Virus record (IMG/VR): IMGVR_UViG_3300005535_000012 | Location: 1 to 39,583 of that record | Reading direction: 5' to 3' (one strand) | From: a virus | Length of the DNA: 39,583 bases | In this document: one piece after another, positions 26,438-33,130 of the stretch | Layout: every line of letters begins with the position of its first letter | Numbering within the stretch: position 1 is the stretch's first letter | Translations under genes and position numbers: made by a program | The notes under the pieces: generated by a model | The model's input: only the letters and a program-made list of their open reading frames with translations | What the model was told of the DNA's origin: nothing | Databases searched by the model: none

Positions 26438-26622
26438 TTTGACGTCCCGCGTTCTTTCGGCGCGCGGATACCGTTGATTTTGACAGGCTCAGGCTTCGGT
26501 CCTTTCGGGGGCGTGCCCCCATGGAAAGCACCCGCTTTAGCCGTGCGCGACGCGTGCGCGCAATTCGCTGCTGCCTTCATGTTGCTGTCTTTGCCGTCAC
26601 CGCCCTTGTCATATGCCGCCAT
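26434..26622 (-). CDS. Hypothetical Gly/Lys/Ala-rich protein, 62 aa (start moved to ATG 26622); first ORF of the late operon
   Basis: GGAGAG SD upstream of ATG 26622. Confidence 0.5.
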   Translation of the reverse strand: MAAYDKGGDGKDSNMKAAANCAHASRTAKAGAFHGGTPPKGPKPEPVKINGIRAPKERGTSK

Positions 26623-26632
26623 GTCGCTCTCC

Positions 26633-26697
26633 AAAAATGGGAAGACCGCCGACTGGCGGTTACTATGCGATGCTAGGCCTTACGTAAAAATAATCAA
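26633..26697 (-). promoter_or_regulatory. Candidate late-operon promoter with a 5'-proximal hairpin and U-run
   Basis: Minus strand reads TTGATT-16 nt-TAGCAT, then accgcc-agtc-ggcggt (26660-26645), cttccca, ttttt, then the SD. This is the only non-coding gap between the early and late genes. Confidence 0.35.
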
Positions 26698-27005
26698 CGT
26701 TGGTTTAGCCTTGCATAGAGAAAGAGGTCATATTTGAGCTCTCGGAATGGCCCTAGCGGTTCTCGTCTCCCCGCACGGAAATCCTGATACCCCGGAATCA
26801 GTTCATAACGAGCTTCGTTTTTGCGGGACTTCGGGTAATACTTGAAGGCCTTCTCCGAGACTCCGATGCGGAGCATTTCCTCAACTTTGCCTGAGGGCTC
26901 GGCAAATGAAAGACTGAGTTCCTTTAGTGTGTAAGGACGGCTACCCTCCATGAGTAAACAGAGGGTAGCCAAGGAAAGGGGCAGCTTTACCTTTCTGGGG
27001 CGCAT
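26694..27005 (-). CDS. Hypothetical protein, 103 aa (possible DNA-binding regulator)
   Basis: Last ORF before the candidate late promoter; basic. No firm motif. Confidence 0.5.
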   Translation of the reverse strand: MRPRKVKLPLSLATLCLLMEGSRPYTLKELSLSFAEPSGKVEEMLRIGVSEKAFKYYPKSRKNEARYELIPGYQDFRAGRREPLGPFRELKYDLFLYARLNQR

Positions 27006-27181
27006 GCTTCCTCCTTATCCAGACAGTCACGGAACCATTGGAATCCGCAGCGCGAGCATGTCAAAAGAAGCTCCTCATAAGCGCGCTGGGCACGCCGGTC
27101 AGTTTTTGCCGAAGGCTTGTACTCCACCGTCTTCCCCGGATACCCGCACTTCGAGCAGTTCTCGTGTTGGTCGTATTTCAT
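26987..27181 (-). CDS. Zinc-ribbon protein, 64 aa
   Basis: Two CxxC pairs (CSKCGYPG ... CSRCGFQW). Confidence 0.6.
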   Translation of the reverse strand: MKYDQHENCSKCGYPGKTVEYKPSAKTDRRAQRAYEELLLTCSRCGFQWFRDCLDKEEACAPER

Positions 27182-27507
27182 ACCACTTCCTTGTTGCGGT
27201 ATGCCTTTTCGACAGCACTAACAACACGACCGACTTCCGAAGCAGAAACCCAGCCGCCGTATAGGTCTTGACCGACGATTTTAGAAATTTGGCGCATCCC
27301 AATCTCGCAATGATTGCTGGAGGATGCATGTCGAGCGACGAGCTTGGCGATATAGATTGCGGCCCCCAAAAATCCTGCGCCGAAGAGGCCTAGTAGCAAT
27401 TTAGGCAACGCGCCTTCGATGATGAGCCACCATATGAAACCCTCTTTCGCTCCATCTGCTAGACCAGCGAGTGCCTGAATGATGAGTTTTATTTCGTCTA
27501 TTCCCAT
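27178..27507 (-). CDS. Membrane protein, 109 aa (2 TM)
   Basis: FIWWLIIEGALPKLLLGLFGAGFLGAAIYIAKLV hydrophobic core; AAGGAGG SD. Confidence 0.6.
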   Translation of the reverse strand: MGIDEIKLIIQALAGLADGAKEGFIWWLIIEGALPKLLLGLFGAGFLGAAIYIAKLVARHASSSNHCEIGMRQISKIVGQDLYGGWVSASEVGRVVSAVEKAYRNKEVV

Positions 27508-27612
27508 TTACGCCTCCTTATGTTTTCCGAAAATTCCCCACGGCCCAGCCGCCCGATTCAGCGCTTGAACTTCATCCCATATTTTCTCGAGCCTAGACGC
27601 ATCTCGAGTCAT
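27508..27612 (-). CDS. Small ORF, 34 aa (MTRDASRLEKIWDEVQALNRAAGPWGIFGKHKEA)
   Basis: GGCGGAG SD. Its stop abuts the next ATG (TAAATG). It fills the gap and is below the track cutoff. Confidence 0.35.
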   Translation of the reverse strand: MTRDASRLEKIWDEVQALNRAAGPWGIFGKHKEA

Positions 27613-27647
27613 GTCTCCGCCATAAACGCCACACCCACTTACCTTCT

Positions 27648-28229
27648 TCATACTGCCTCCATTTCATCTTGCAGGTGGATGGTCATGTCTTGAGAATAAA
27701 CTCGGCCTGGCGTCGCTTCTTTAGGCTTGACGAAACCAGCGGCCGTAAGGAAGGGATTGACGTTTCCGGCCTTTAATTTCCGACGTTCCCGGTCGCGCCG
27801 ATTGGTTTCAGCCTTCGACAGAGGGGCCGGCTGAGGGGCATCTTCACCTGGGCCGAGCATCCACTTTGGCGATTGAGTGCCGCGGGCGTACACCCGCGCA
27901 TATCCGGAAACATGCCATTTCGTCCCACGCCCTTCGTACATCGTGACTCGGATTCGGTGGTAGGACGCTCCGGTTGCCTGAGCCATTTCAAGCACGGTCA
28001 AAGGGGCACCAGCCGACAGCAGGCGGATGATTGCCTCTTCCACCCACCGATAGTGCGACCGGCCACGACCTCCACGCTTCGGAAGGCCGAGCGATTGAAA
28101 GCGTCCCATGATCGAGAAATGGCTTCGGCCCGGCAGCAAATGGGCTGATTCCTTGGCAGTCTTATCGCTGGCGTGGATTTGCCTTACGATCTCGTCTTCT
28201 TCCGGCTTCCATTTCGGCGCGCCCATCAT
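27648..28229 (-). CDS. SANT/Myb-like DNA-binding protein, 193 aa
   Basis: N-terminal KWKPEEDEIVRQIH...LLPGRSHFSIMGRFQSLG fits the Myb/SANT repeat pattern. ATGA overlap with the XRE gene. Confidence 0.45.
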   Translation of the reverse strand: MMGAPKWKPEEDEIVRQIHASDKTAKESAHLLPGRSHFSIMGRFQSLGLPKRGGRGRSHYRWVEEAIIRLLSAGAPLTVLEMAQATGASYHRIRVTMYEGRGTKWHVSGYARVYARGTQSPKWMLGPGEDAPQPAPLSKAETNRRDRERRKLKAGNVNPFLTAAGFVKPKEATPGRVYSQDMTIHLQDEMEAV

Positions 28230-28450
28230 GCAATCTCCCGACGGTCCGTCAAGCCAGCGAGATAGTCCAGACTGACGCCAAAGAAACGAGCGGTTTCCAG
28301 AAGCGTCCAGTAGCCCGGAACACGGAGATCTCGCTCAAGCATGGATACGTATTCGGACGACAGCCGGCATTCAGCAGCGAAGGCCGATTGGCTGAGATGT
28401 CGCTCTTTGCGCAACTCACGCAGACGATCACAAAACATGGGCTCTTTCAT
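28226..28450 (-). CDS. XRE-family HTH transcriptional regulator, 74 aa
   Basis: LRELRKERHLSQSAFAAECRLSSEYVSMLERDLRVP is a canonical XRE/Cro-CI HTH. Confidence 0.8.
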   Translation of the reverse strand: MKEPMFCDRLRELRKERHLSQSAFAAECRLSSEYVSMLERDLRVPGYWTLLETARFFGVSLDYLAGLTDRREIA

Positions 28451-28482
28451 CTCATGACTCCCTTTTCATCAGCCGAACCGAA

Positions 28483-28914
28483 TCAGAATCCTTCGCCGTC
28501 ATGAAGCTTTTGCTTCAGCAAATACCCCTCTAACGGCCAGATCTTCGCTACGGCGTTCTGTCGCGCGATCTTGCGGCCGATTTCAGCATCAAAGTTTTCG
28601 GGCGAAGCGCATGCGCTCTCACCGGTCACCGTGAAGCCATTGCGCAGGATTAGCACGCAGAAGGTGAGCAGATCGAGCGACACTGGAATGTCCTCCGCAA
28701 TGCTAACGGCTACCCTGTCGCCCGGCTTCTTCCCAGCTGCGTCGCCGATCGCCAATACGCCGACCACGCCATCCGAAGCCGTAAAGTAATGCTCGCTCGC
28801 GATTGCATTCTCGATGTCTGCCGGCGTAATGCGCGGAGCCGTCTTTCCCTTGCGAAGGATCATGTCTTCGAGTTGCTCGTCGTCGCTGCGATTCGTGTTG
28901 ACTGCCATGTTCAT
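28483..28914 (-). CDS. N4 gp49 / Sf6 gp66-family protein, 143 aa, function unknown
   Basis: C-terminal LTFCVLILRNGFTVTGESACASPENFDAEIGRKIARQNAVAKIWPLEGYLLKQKL matches my recollection of this family. Confidence 0.55.
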   Translation of the reverse strand: MNMAVNTNRSDDEQLEDMILRKGKTAPRITPADIENAIASEHYFTASDGVVGVLAIGDAAGKKPGDRVAVSIAEDIPVSLDLLTFCVLILRNGFTVTGESACASPENFDAEIGRKIARQNAVAKIWPLEGYLLKQKLHDGEGF

Positions 28915-28915
28915 C

Positions 28916-29458
28916 TCACTGCTCCTTTTTGAGTCGCCGAACCTCGGCGCGGTAGTAAGTTTTCATCTGCTCGATCTGCGTGAGCGTGAGCTTCAGGGGC
29001 TCATGCTTGCCTTCGAGCCATTCGACCTTTTCGAGCCCGATTTTCTCGATCAGATTGATGCGGTATGCGGTCAGGTTTCCTGACAGGTACAGGTTGCAAG
29101 GTGCGCACTGGAGATGGACGTTCAGCGGCTCGAACCGCAGTTCCGGCGCCGATCCAACCGACCGGTAGTGCCCTGCATGCCACCGTCCCTTGTGCATCCG
29201 GCCGCAGGAAATGCAGGGATGGCCGGCGTCACGCAGCCTCACCCAGGCGTTGAACGCGTCTTGCAGATCGGCCAGATGCTCGCCGCGGCTCTTTGCCTTC
29301 TGCCGCGCCTCACGGACATCACGCGCGGCCTTCTTCGCAGCCAGCCGGCGCGTCCACTCGAGCGCACAAGGCACTGAACACGCTTTCGACATGCTCGAAA
29401 TTGGCGTGAAATCGCGGGCGCAGACCTTGCAGCGCTTGGGCTTAAGCGTGCGGATCAC
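28916..29458 (-). CDS. ninG: NinG/Rap-family recombination endonuclease, 180 aa (start moved to GTG 29458)
   Basis: KRCKVCARDF...CSVPCALEW, then PCISCGRMHKGRWHAGHYRSVGSAPELRFEPLNVHLQCAPCNLYLSGN. GGAGGTGG SD. The N-terminal extension in the track is a different small gene in another frame. Confidence 0.75.
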   Translation of the reverse strand: MIRTLKPKRCKVCARDFTPISSMSKACSVPCALEWTRRLAAKKAARDVREARQKAKSRGEHLADLQDAFNAWVRLRDAGHPCISCGRMHKGRWHAGHYRSVGSAPELRFEPLNVHLQCAPCNLYLSGNLTAYRINLIEKIGLEKVEWLEGKHEPLKLTLTQIEQMKTYYRAEVRRLKKEQ

Positions 29459-29607
29459 TTGTCCACCTCCGTGAAGTGCTTCGGCGCACGCGTCGGTCCC
29501 ACGACGGGTGCCTTGCGCTCCTTCTGCGGCACGCTCAGGATTTTCTTGATCTGCTCCAACTGCTCTGCTGCCGTCTTCGTCGGCTGCCGGCGCTTGTTCT
29601 GGCTCAT
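29455..29607 (-). CDS. Small basic protein, 50 aa (MSQNKRRQPTKTAAEQLEQIKKILSVPQKERKAPVVGPTRAPKHFTEVDK)
   Basis: ATGA overlap with the replisome-organiser stop and GTGA overlap with the NinG start. Confidence 0.5.
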   Translation of the reverse strand: MSQNKRRQPTKTAAEQLEQIKKILSVPQKERKAPVVGPTRAPKHFTEVDK

Positions 29608-30509
29608 GCCGCCTCCGATGCGTTGATGGCCTCGATGATGCGAGCCTTGAACTGGGCTTCCGTCTCTCCCGGGCGAGCATCCGATATCCCAAGTTCACGC
29701 GCCTTCGCGCTCATCGCCTGAGGCGTCAGAGTCCACGATGTCACGGCCTTCGGCCTCTGCTGCGCCCCGCGCACGTCGACAGACGCTGCATCCGCCTTCC
29801 AACCATTCAGCTTTTTCACGATGTACGCAACGGACATGGATTCATTCGGCTTCGCCTTCCGCGCTTCAGCACAACATGCCTCCAGGGTGTCGATATCGAT
29901 CTGTTGCTCAGCAAGGGCGATCACGCTCGGGTGGAACGGCGTTGCATCGATCGAGTGCTTCCGCAGCACCATCGAAACTCGCGCGCTCGCGCTAGGTGTA
30001 TGTGTAGGTTCTTCTCTTCTCTTCTCTTCTCTGTGCGTTACAGTAACGTTATCAGTAACGTTATTTTCGGCCTTGTTTTTCTCCCTGAATCGGGCTTGCC
30101 GTTCCGCGTTTTTCTTCTTGGCAGTGTCCTCAGGATCGACGTTTTGATCCTCGAAGAACCTAGGCAGCACAAGGCCTTCGTCGGTTTCAATCGCCCACCC
30201 CACCGCTACCATTGCAGCCCCGAAACCAGGCAAATCAGCGATGTCATCCAACACTGCGGAGGTGACGCCGCGGTAGATGAGGTCGTCGTTTTCGCGCTTC
30301 CCTCGCAACCGCATAACACCCCACACCGCTACAAGAGCACCTACCGTAACGTTACGCATAACGTTACGCGTAACGGTCATTTGTCGTTGGCAGTGCTGAT
30401 CTACGAACATCGAAAGATCGCTATCAGGTGCCATCAGCAGATCGGCCATTACGCTCACCTTGGGATCTCGATAGAGATCGGTGCGCATCTTGATCCAGTC
30501 ACCGGCCAT
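29604..30509 (-). CDS. Replisome organiser / replication initiator-like protein, 301 aa
   Basis: N-terminal MAGDWIKMRTDLYRDPKV... is typical of the phage replisome-organiser N-terminal domain. The gene contains palindromic iteron-like repeats. Confidence 0.55.
   Translation of the reverse strand: MAGDWIKMRTDLYRDPKVSVMADLLMAPDSDLSMFVDQHCQRQMTVTRNVMRNVTVGALVAVWGVMRLRGKRENDDLIYRGVTSAVLDDIADLPGFGAAMVAVGWAIETDEGLVLPRFFEDQNVDPEDTAKKKNAERQARFREKNKAENNVTDNVTVTHREEKRREEPTHTPSASARVSMVLRKHSIDATPFHPSVIALAEQQIDIDTLEACCAEARKAKPNESMSVAYIVKKLNGWKADAASVDVRGAQQRPKAVTSWTLTPQAMSAKARELGISDARPGETEAQFKARIIEAINASEAA
30009..30063. repeat. Candidate origin elements, cluster 1: (TTCTC)x4 polypyrimidine tract, then two TAACGTTA palindromes 12 bp apart, then a T-rich stretch
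   Basis: ttcttctcttctcttctcttctct at 30009-30032; TAACGTTA at 30044-30051 and 30056-30063; half-site CGTTA at 30036-30040. Confidence 0.45.
30347..30376. repeat. Candidate origin elements, cluster 2: TAACGTTA x2 plus half-site TAACGG at 12-bp spacing
   Basis: TAACGTTA at 30347-30354 and 30359-30366; TAACGG at 30371-30376. Confidence 0.45.
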
Positions 30510-30599
30510 TTAGAACTCGCCCGATCCAATCAAATACGGCAGGCCAACAAACAGCATGCCGAAGAAGCCGCAGAGGAAGCCGTCAGTGAGCCAGTTCAT
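30510..30599 (-). CDS. Micro membrane peptide, 29 aa (MNWLTDGFLCGFFGMLFVGLPYLIGSGEF)
   Basis: ATGA overlap upstream; its stop abuts the replisome-organiser ATG (TAAATG); single TM. Confidence 0.45.
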   Translation of the reverse strand: MNWLTDGFLCGFFGMLFVGLPYLIGSGEF

Positions 30600-30688
30600 G
30601 CGTGGCCTCGAGTCAGCCATCCAAGCAACCCGAGCAGCCCGATAAACAAGGCTCCCCATGCGATACATGCTCCGAGAAGGGGTGTCAT
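30596..30688 (-). CDS. Micro membrane peptide, 30 aa (MTPLLGACIAWGALFIGLLGLLGWLTRGHA)
   Basis: ATGA overlaps at both ends; single TM. Confidence 0.45.
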   Translation of the reverse strand: MTPLLGACIAWGALFIGLLGLLGWLTRGHA

Positions 30689-30945
30689 GCCGTCACCTCA
30701 TCTTTGATGTCGTCGGTGATGGGGAGGCCGGTGATCGGGCGTAGATCGGCATCCGAGGCATTTCCTTCACTGCTCATTTCGCCGTCAGCCGTACGTGCTG
30801 GATGAGCGGCTCGTACATTCCATATGGGCTTCCCTGAAAAATCTGTAACCGCTTGGTTGAAGTTCAGGATCTCGAAAATCCGGCCGATGTTTTCGGGAAT
30901 CCCCGAACTCACCATGATCGCCAAGTCTCCAGGTTTGCAGTTCAT
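30685..30945 (-). CDS. Hypothetical early protein, 86 aa
   Basis: ORF with ATGA coupling at both ends. Confidence 0.6.
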   Translation of the reverse strand: MNCKPGDLAIMVSSGIPENIGRIFEILNFNQAVTDFSGKPIWNVRAAHPARTADGEMSSEGNASDADLRPITGLPITDDIKDEVTA

Positions 30946-31043
30946 GCCGCTGCCTCCAATGCCGCCACCGCCATGAACAAAGCGCCAGAACAGACGCCGA
31001 CCAAGAATCCACCAAAAACGAGCGTCGCAGTCAAAAGAGTCAT
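30942..31043 (-). CDS. Micro membrane peptide, 33 aa (MTLLTATLVFGGFLVGVCSGALFMAVAALEAAA)
   Basis: GGGGA SD 5 nt upstream; its stop overlaps the next ATG (ATGA); single TM. Confidence 0.45.
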   Translation of the reverse strand: MTLLTATLVFGGFLVGVCSGALFMAVAALEAAA

Positions 31044-31103
31044 GGTTATCCCCATCGTTAGGACGTCACATAGTCCTTGTTCGTAACCGATTGCTAACGT
31101 ATG

Positions 31104-31307
31104 CTAGATAACACCTGATGCGAAAAGCTCCATCAGGCGCTTCAGGCGAAGGTATGAGGGGTTCTTGAGTTGGCCCCGGCCGAGCTTGTGGATCCAGGCA
31201 TAGCTGTATCCCGTCACCTTGGCGATTTCCCGATGTTTGCCGCGCCGCTTGACTAGCATCCGCTGGCATTCGTCGATCAGGGACGGCGTTTCAGGGGTGA
31301 TTGGCAT
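31104..31307 (-). CDS. Cro/CII-like HTH regulator, 67 aa (start moved to ATG 31307)
   Basis: GGAGGA 7 nt upstream of ATG 31307. HTH-like HREIAKVTGYSYAWIHKLGRGQ. First gene of the minus-strand operon, divergent from the XRE gene. Confidence 0.6.
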   Translation of the reverse strand: MPITPETPSLIDECQRMLVKRRGKHREIAKVTGYSYAWIHKLGRGQLKNPSYLRLKRLMELFASGVI

Positions 31308-31330
31308 TCTCGCTTCCTCCATTTCATATC

Positions 31331-31362
31331 TACAATCTAGCAGTAATCGGTTAGCAACACAA
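31331..31362. promoter_or_regulatory. Divergent switch region: candidate back-to-back promoters with overlapping -10 hexamers and an operator-like site
   Basis: Minus strand: TTGTGT (31362-31357), 17-nt spacer, TAGATT (31339-31334). Plus strand: TACAAT at 31331-31336 with a weak -35. AATCGGTTAGCAA at 31345-31357 lies in the spacer. Confidence 0.4.
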
Positions 31363-31392
31363 GTTGAATTTGTTTCAGAGGAGAAACATACT

Positions 31393-31689
31393 GTGGAAGC
31401 GATAAAACTGCGTCAGATCATAACGGCCAACGTACATGAAGCCATGGCGAGGATGGATATAGCCTCTATCACCGAGCTGTCGCGGCTCGCGAATATCCCT
31501 CAGACGACGTTGAACGCGTACCTGTCGCCTAACAAGGAGGGCCTTCCGAGCGTACGGCATCTGCTCCAGATCGCTGCCTTCTTCGACCTCGAGCCATGGG
31601 AACTGCTTTGTCCGGTGGGGGAAGCGGAGCGCGCGGTGATAAAAAGCATGGAGGCCTGGATGCGATCAAAAGGAGATCGAGAGGGATAG
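31393..31689 (+). CDS. XRE-family HTH regulator (repressor-like), 98 aa (GTG start)
   Basis: GAGGAG SD. HTH ITELSRLANIPQTTLNAYLS with the flanking helices typical of XRE domains. Confidence 0.7.
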   Translation: MEAIKLRQIITANVHEAMARMDIASITELSRLANIPQTTLNAYLSPNKEGLPSVRHLLQIAAFFDLEPWELLCPVGEAERAVIKSMEAWMRSKGDREG

Positions 31690-31700
31690 CAAAAAACCGC

Positions 31701-31729
31701 TTGCTATGTTCGTAACGGGTTGCTATAGT
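31701..31729 (+). promoter_or_regulatory. Sigma70-type promoter for the plus-strand accessory operon
   Basis: TTGCTA (31701-31706), 17-nt spacer, TATAGT (31724-31729). Overlapped by two copies of the AACNGNTTGCTAT motif. Confidence 0.55.
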
Positions 31730-31779
31730 TGAGTCATGGAAGCACAACGTCACGACAGACGAACAACCGAGGAGCCGAC

Positions 31780-31992
31780 ATGAAATACGCCGCCGCACTA
31801 CTTCTGATCGCCCTTGTGGCGTGTACGTCCCAACCGACACCTTGGGTTGACCACGGTATCGGCGGTAACGGTGGTCATGTCTCTGCTGGTGCCCGCGGCG
31901 GTCGTAACGCTACGGCTGGCGGGATGGGCCATAGCGGTAACGGCGGTCGTGGATCGGTTGGCGCTGCTTCTGGCGGCATGGGCCGGAGGTAA
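31780..31992 (+). CDS. Gly-rich basic lipoprotein, 70 aa
   Basis: Lipobox MKYAAALLLIALVAC/TSQ; GAGGAG SD. The mature part is rich in GG/GN/GR repeats. Confidence 0.7.
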   Translation: MKYAAALLLIALVACTSQPTPWVDHGIGGNGGHVSAGARGGRNATAGGMGHSGNGGRGSVGAASGGMGRR

Positions 31993-31994
31993 TC

Positions 31995-32174
31995 ATGAAA
32001 GCCCTTGCCGGTAAGCGCTGGTTCTACTCATGCGGCCAACGCTCGATGAGCGTCTTCTATATGGGGCCGTGGCCGTCCAAGGATTGGCCGGCGTGGGCTC
32101 GCGCTGCGTACTACGAAGGACGGGAAGACGAGTATCAGGCACGCATGCATCGCGATGCAGCGCTGTCACGCTGA
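31995..32174 (+). CDS. Hypothetical protein, 59 aa, Trp/Tyr-rich
   Basis: GGAGG SD, ATG 31995. Just below the track cutoff. Competing track ORFs here are GC-shadow frames. Confidence 0.45.
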   Translation: MKALAGKRWFYSCGQRSMSVFYMGPWPSKDWPAWARAAYYEGREDEYQARMHRDAALSR

Positions 32175-32192
32175 AATGCTACTGGAGTATTC

Positions 32193-32480
32193 ATGGGCGC
32201 GATCGAAAACTTCCGCACTGGCTTCACGGTCGACCCGCGCGAGCTGGAACGCGAGGTCGCACGGAAGCTGGCTCGTCACGAGCTGTACGACGAGCTGGAT
32301 GCGGACAACAAGGCCGAGACGAAGCTATTCGAGCTTCTGGTCGAGGACGACACGGACGAGAACGCGAAGCGTATCGGGCGGCTTGTGTGGGGAGTTTTCG
32401 CACGGCTGGTGAAGCGCGAAATCGACACGATGAACGAGAAGATCGCGGAGCAGTCGGTGCGCGATCGGATGGAGGTGTGA
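32193..32480 (+). CDS. Hypothetical acidic protein, 95 aa
   Basis: GGAG SD; high GC3. Confidence 0.6.
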   Translation: MGAIENFRTGFTVDPRELEREVARKLARHELYDELDADNKAETKLFELLVEDDTDENAKRIGRLVWGVFARLVKREIDTMNEKIAEQSVRDRMEV

Positions 32481-32481
32481 G

Positions 32482-32706
32482 GTGAGCGAGATTAAAAACA
32501 GCGTTCCTGCGTTCCCGAGAACTGTCCAGCGCTGGAATGATTCGTTGGAGAACGTCGAGGGCATGACGCTCCGCGACTACTTCGCGGCGAAGGCGATGCA
32601 GGGGGCGTTCACAAGCCCGATCGCATCGAGCGCCGACGAAAAAGATTACATCGCGATGCACGCTTACAAGATGGCTGACGCCATGCTCCGCGCACGGGAG
32701 AACTGA
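32482..32706 (+). CDS. Hypothetical protein, 74 aa
   Basis: GTG start after GGAGG. MTLRDYFAAKAMQG motif recurrent in phage early proteins. Confidence 0.6.
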   Translation: MSEIKNSVPAFPRTVQRWNDSLENVEGMTLRDYFAAKAMQGAFTSPIASSADEKDYIAMHAYKMADAMLRAREN

Positions 32707-32707
32707 A

Positions 32708-32914
32708 ATGGACTGGTATCAGGATATTTCCGTAACCAACGGCGTGATGTACGCCGGTTCCCGGTGGATCGGTTCGTTTTCCTCGCACGAGGCAGCGCTG
32801 GAGATCATGAGCATCCGGCGCGAGCAACGGACGGTGTACAGCGCGCGTGAGACGCATTGCTGTACGGAGTCCGATCTCGAGCTTGCCGAAGCCATCAATT
32901 TTGACGAGAGGTAG
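32708..32914 (+). CDS. Hypothetical protein, 68 aa
   Basis: GGGAGA SD; tight packing. Confidence 0.55.
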   Translation: MDWYQDISVTNGVMYAGSRWIGSFSSHEAALEIMSIRREQRTVYSARETHCCTESDLELAEAINFDER

Positions 32915-32917
32915 ATC

Positions 32918-33127
32918 ATGGATCGCGTCAAGGTTCTTTCGTACCACGAGGATTGGCAGGCGCATAGGTGCCTCTTTTCAGACGGCAAAGAAACGTATGT
33001 CGATCTTCTTGTGAGCGGCGATCTCCCCTACGAAAACCCCGACGATCTGATCGGAAAGGATTTTGAGTTTGACTGGAAAAGCACGTTCATTTTCATCGCC
33101 CATCGGGTATCGGAAGTAAAGGACTGA
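32918..33127 (+). CDS. Hypothetical protein, 69 aa
   Basis: GAGAGG SD; tight packing. Confidence 0.55.
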   Translation: MDRVKVLSYHEDWQAHRCLFSDGKETYVDLLVSGDLPYENPDDLIGKDFEFDWKSTFIFIAHRVSEVKD

Positions 33128-33130
33128 ATC

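Noticed and set aside
28916-29698. 260-aa version of the NinG ORF with an 80-aa Arg/Ala/Glu-rich N-terminal extension.
   Set aside because: The extension has a shadow-frame composition. The region is better explained by a 50-aa ATGA/GTGA-coupled ORF in another frame, with NinG starting at GTG 29458 behind GGAGGTGG.
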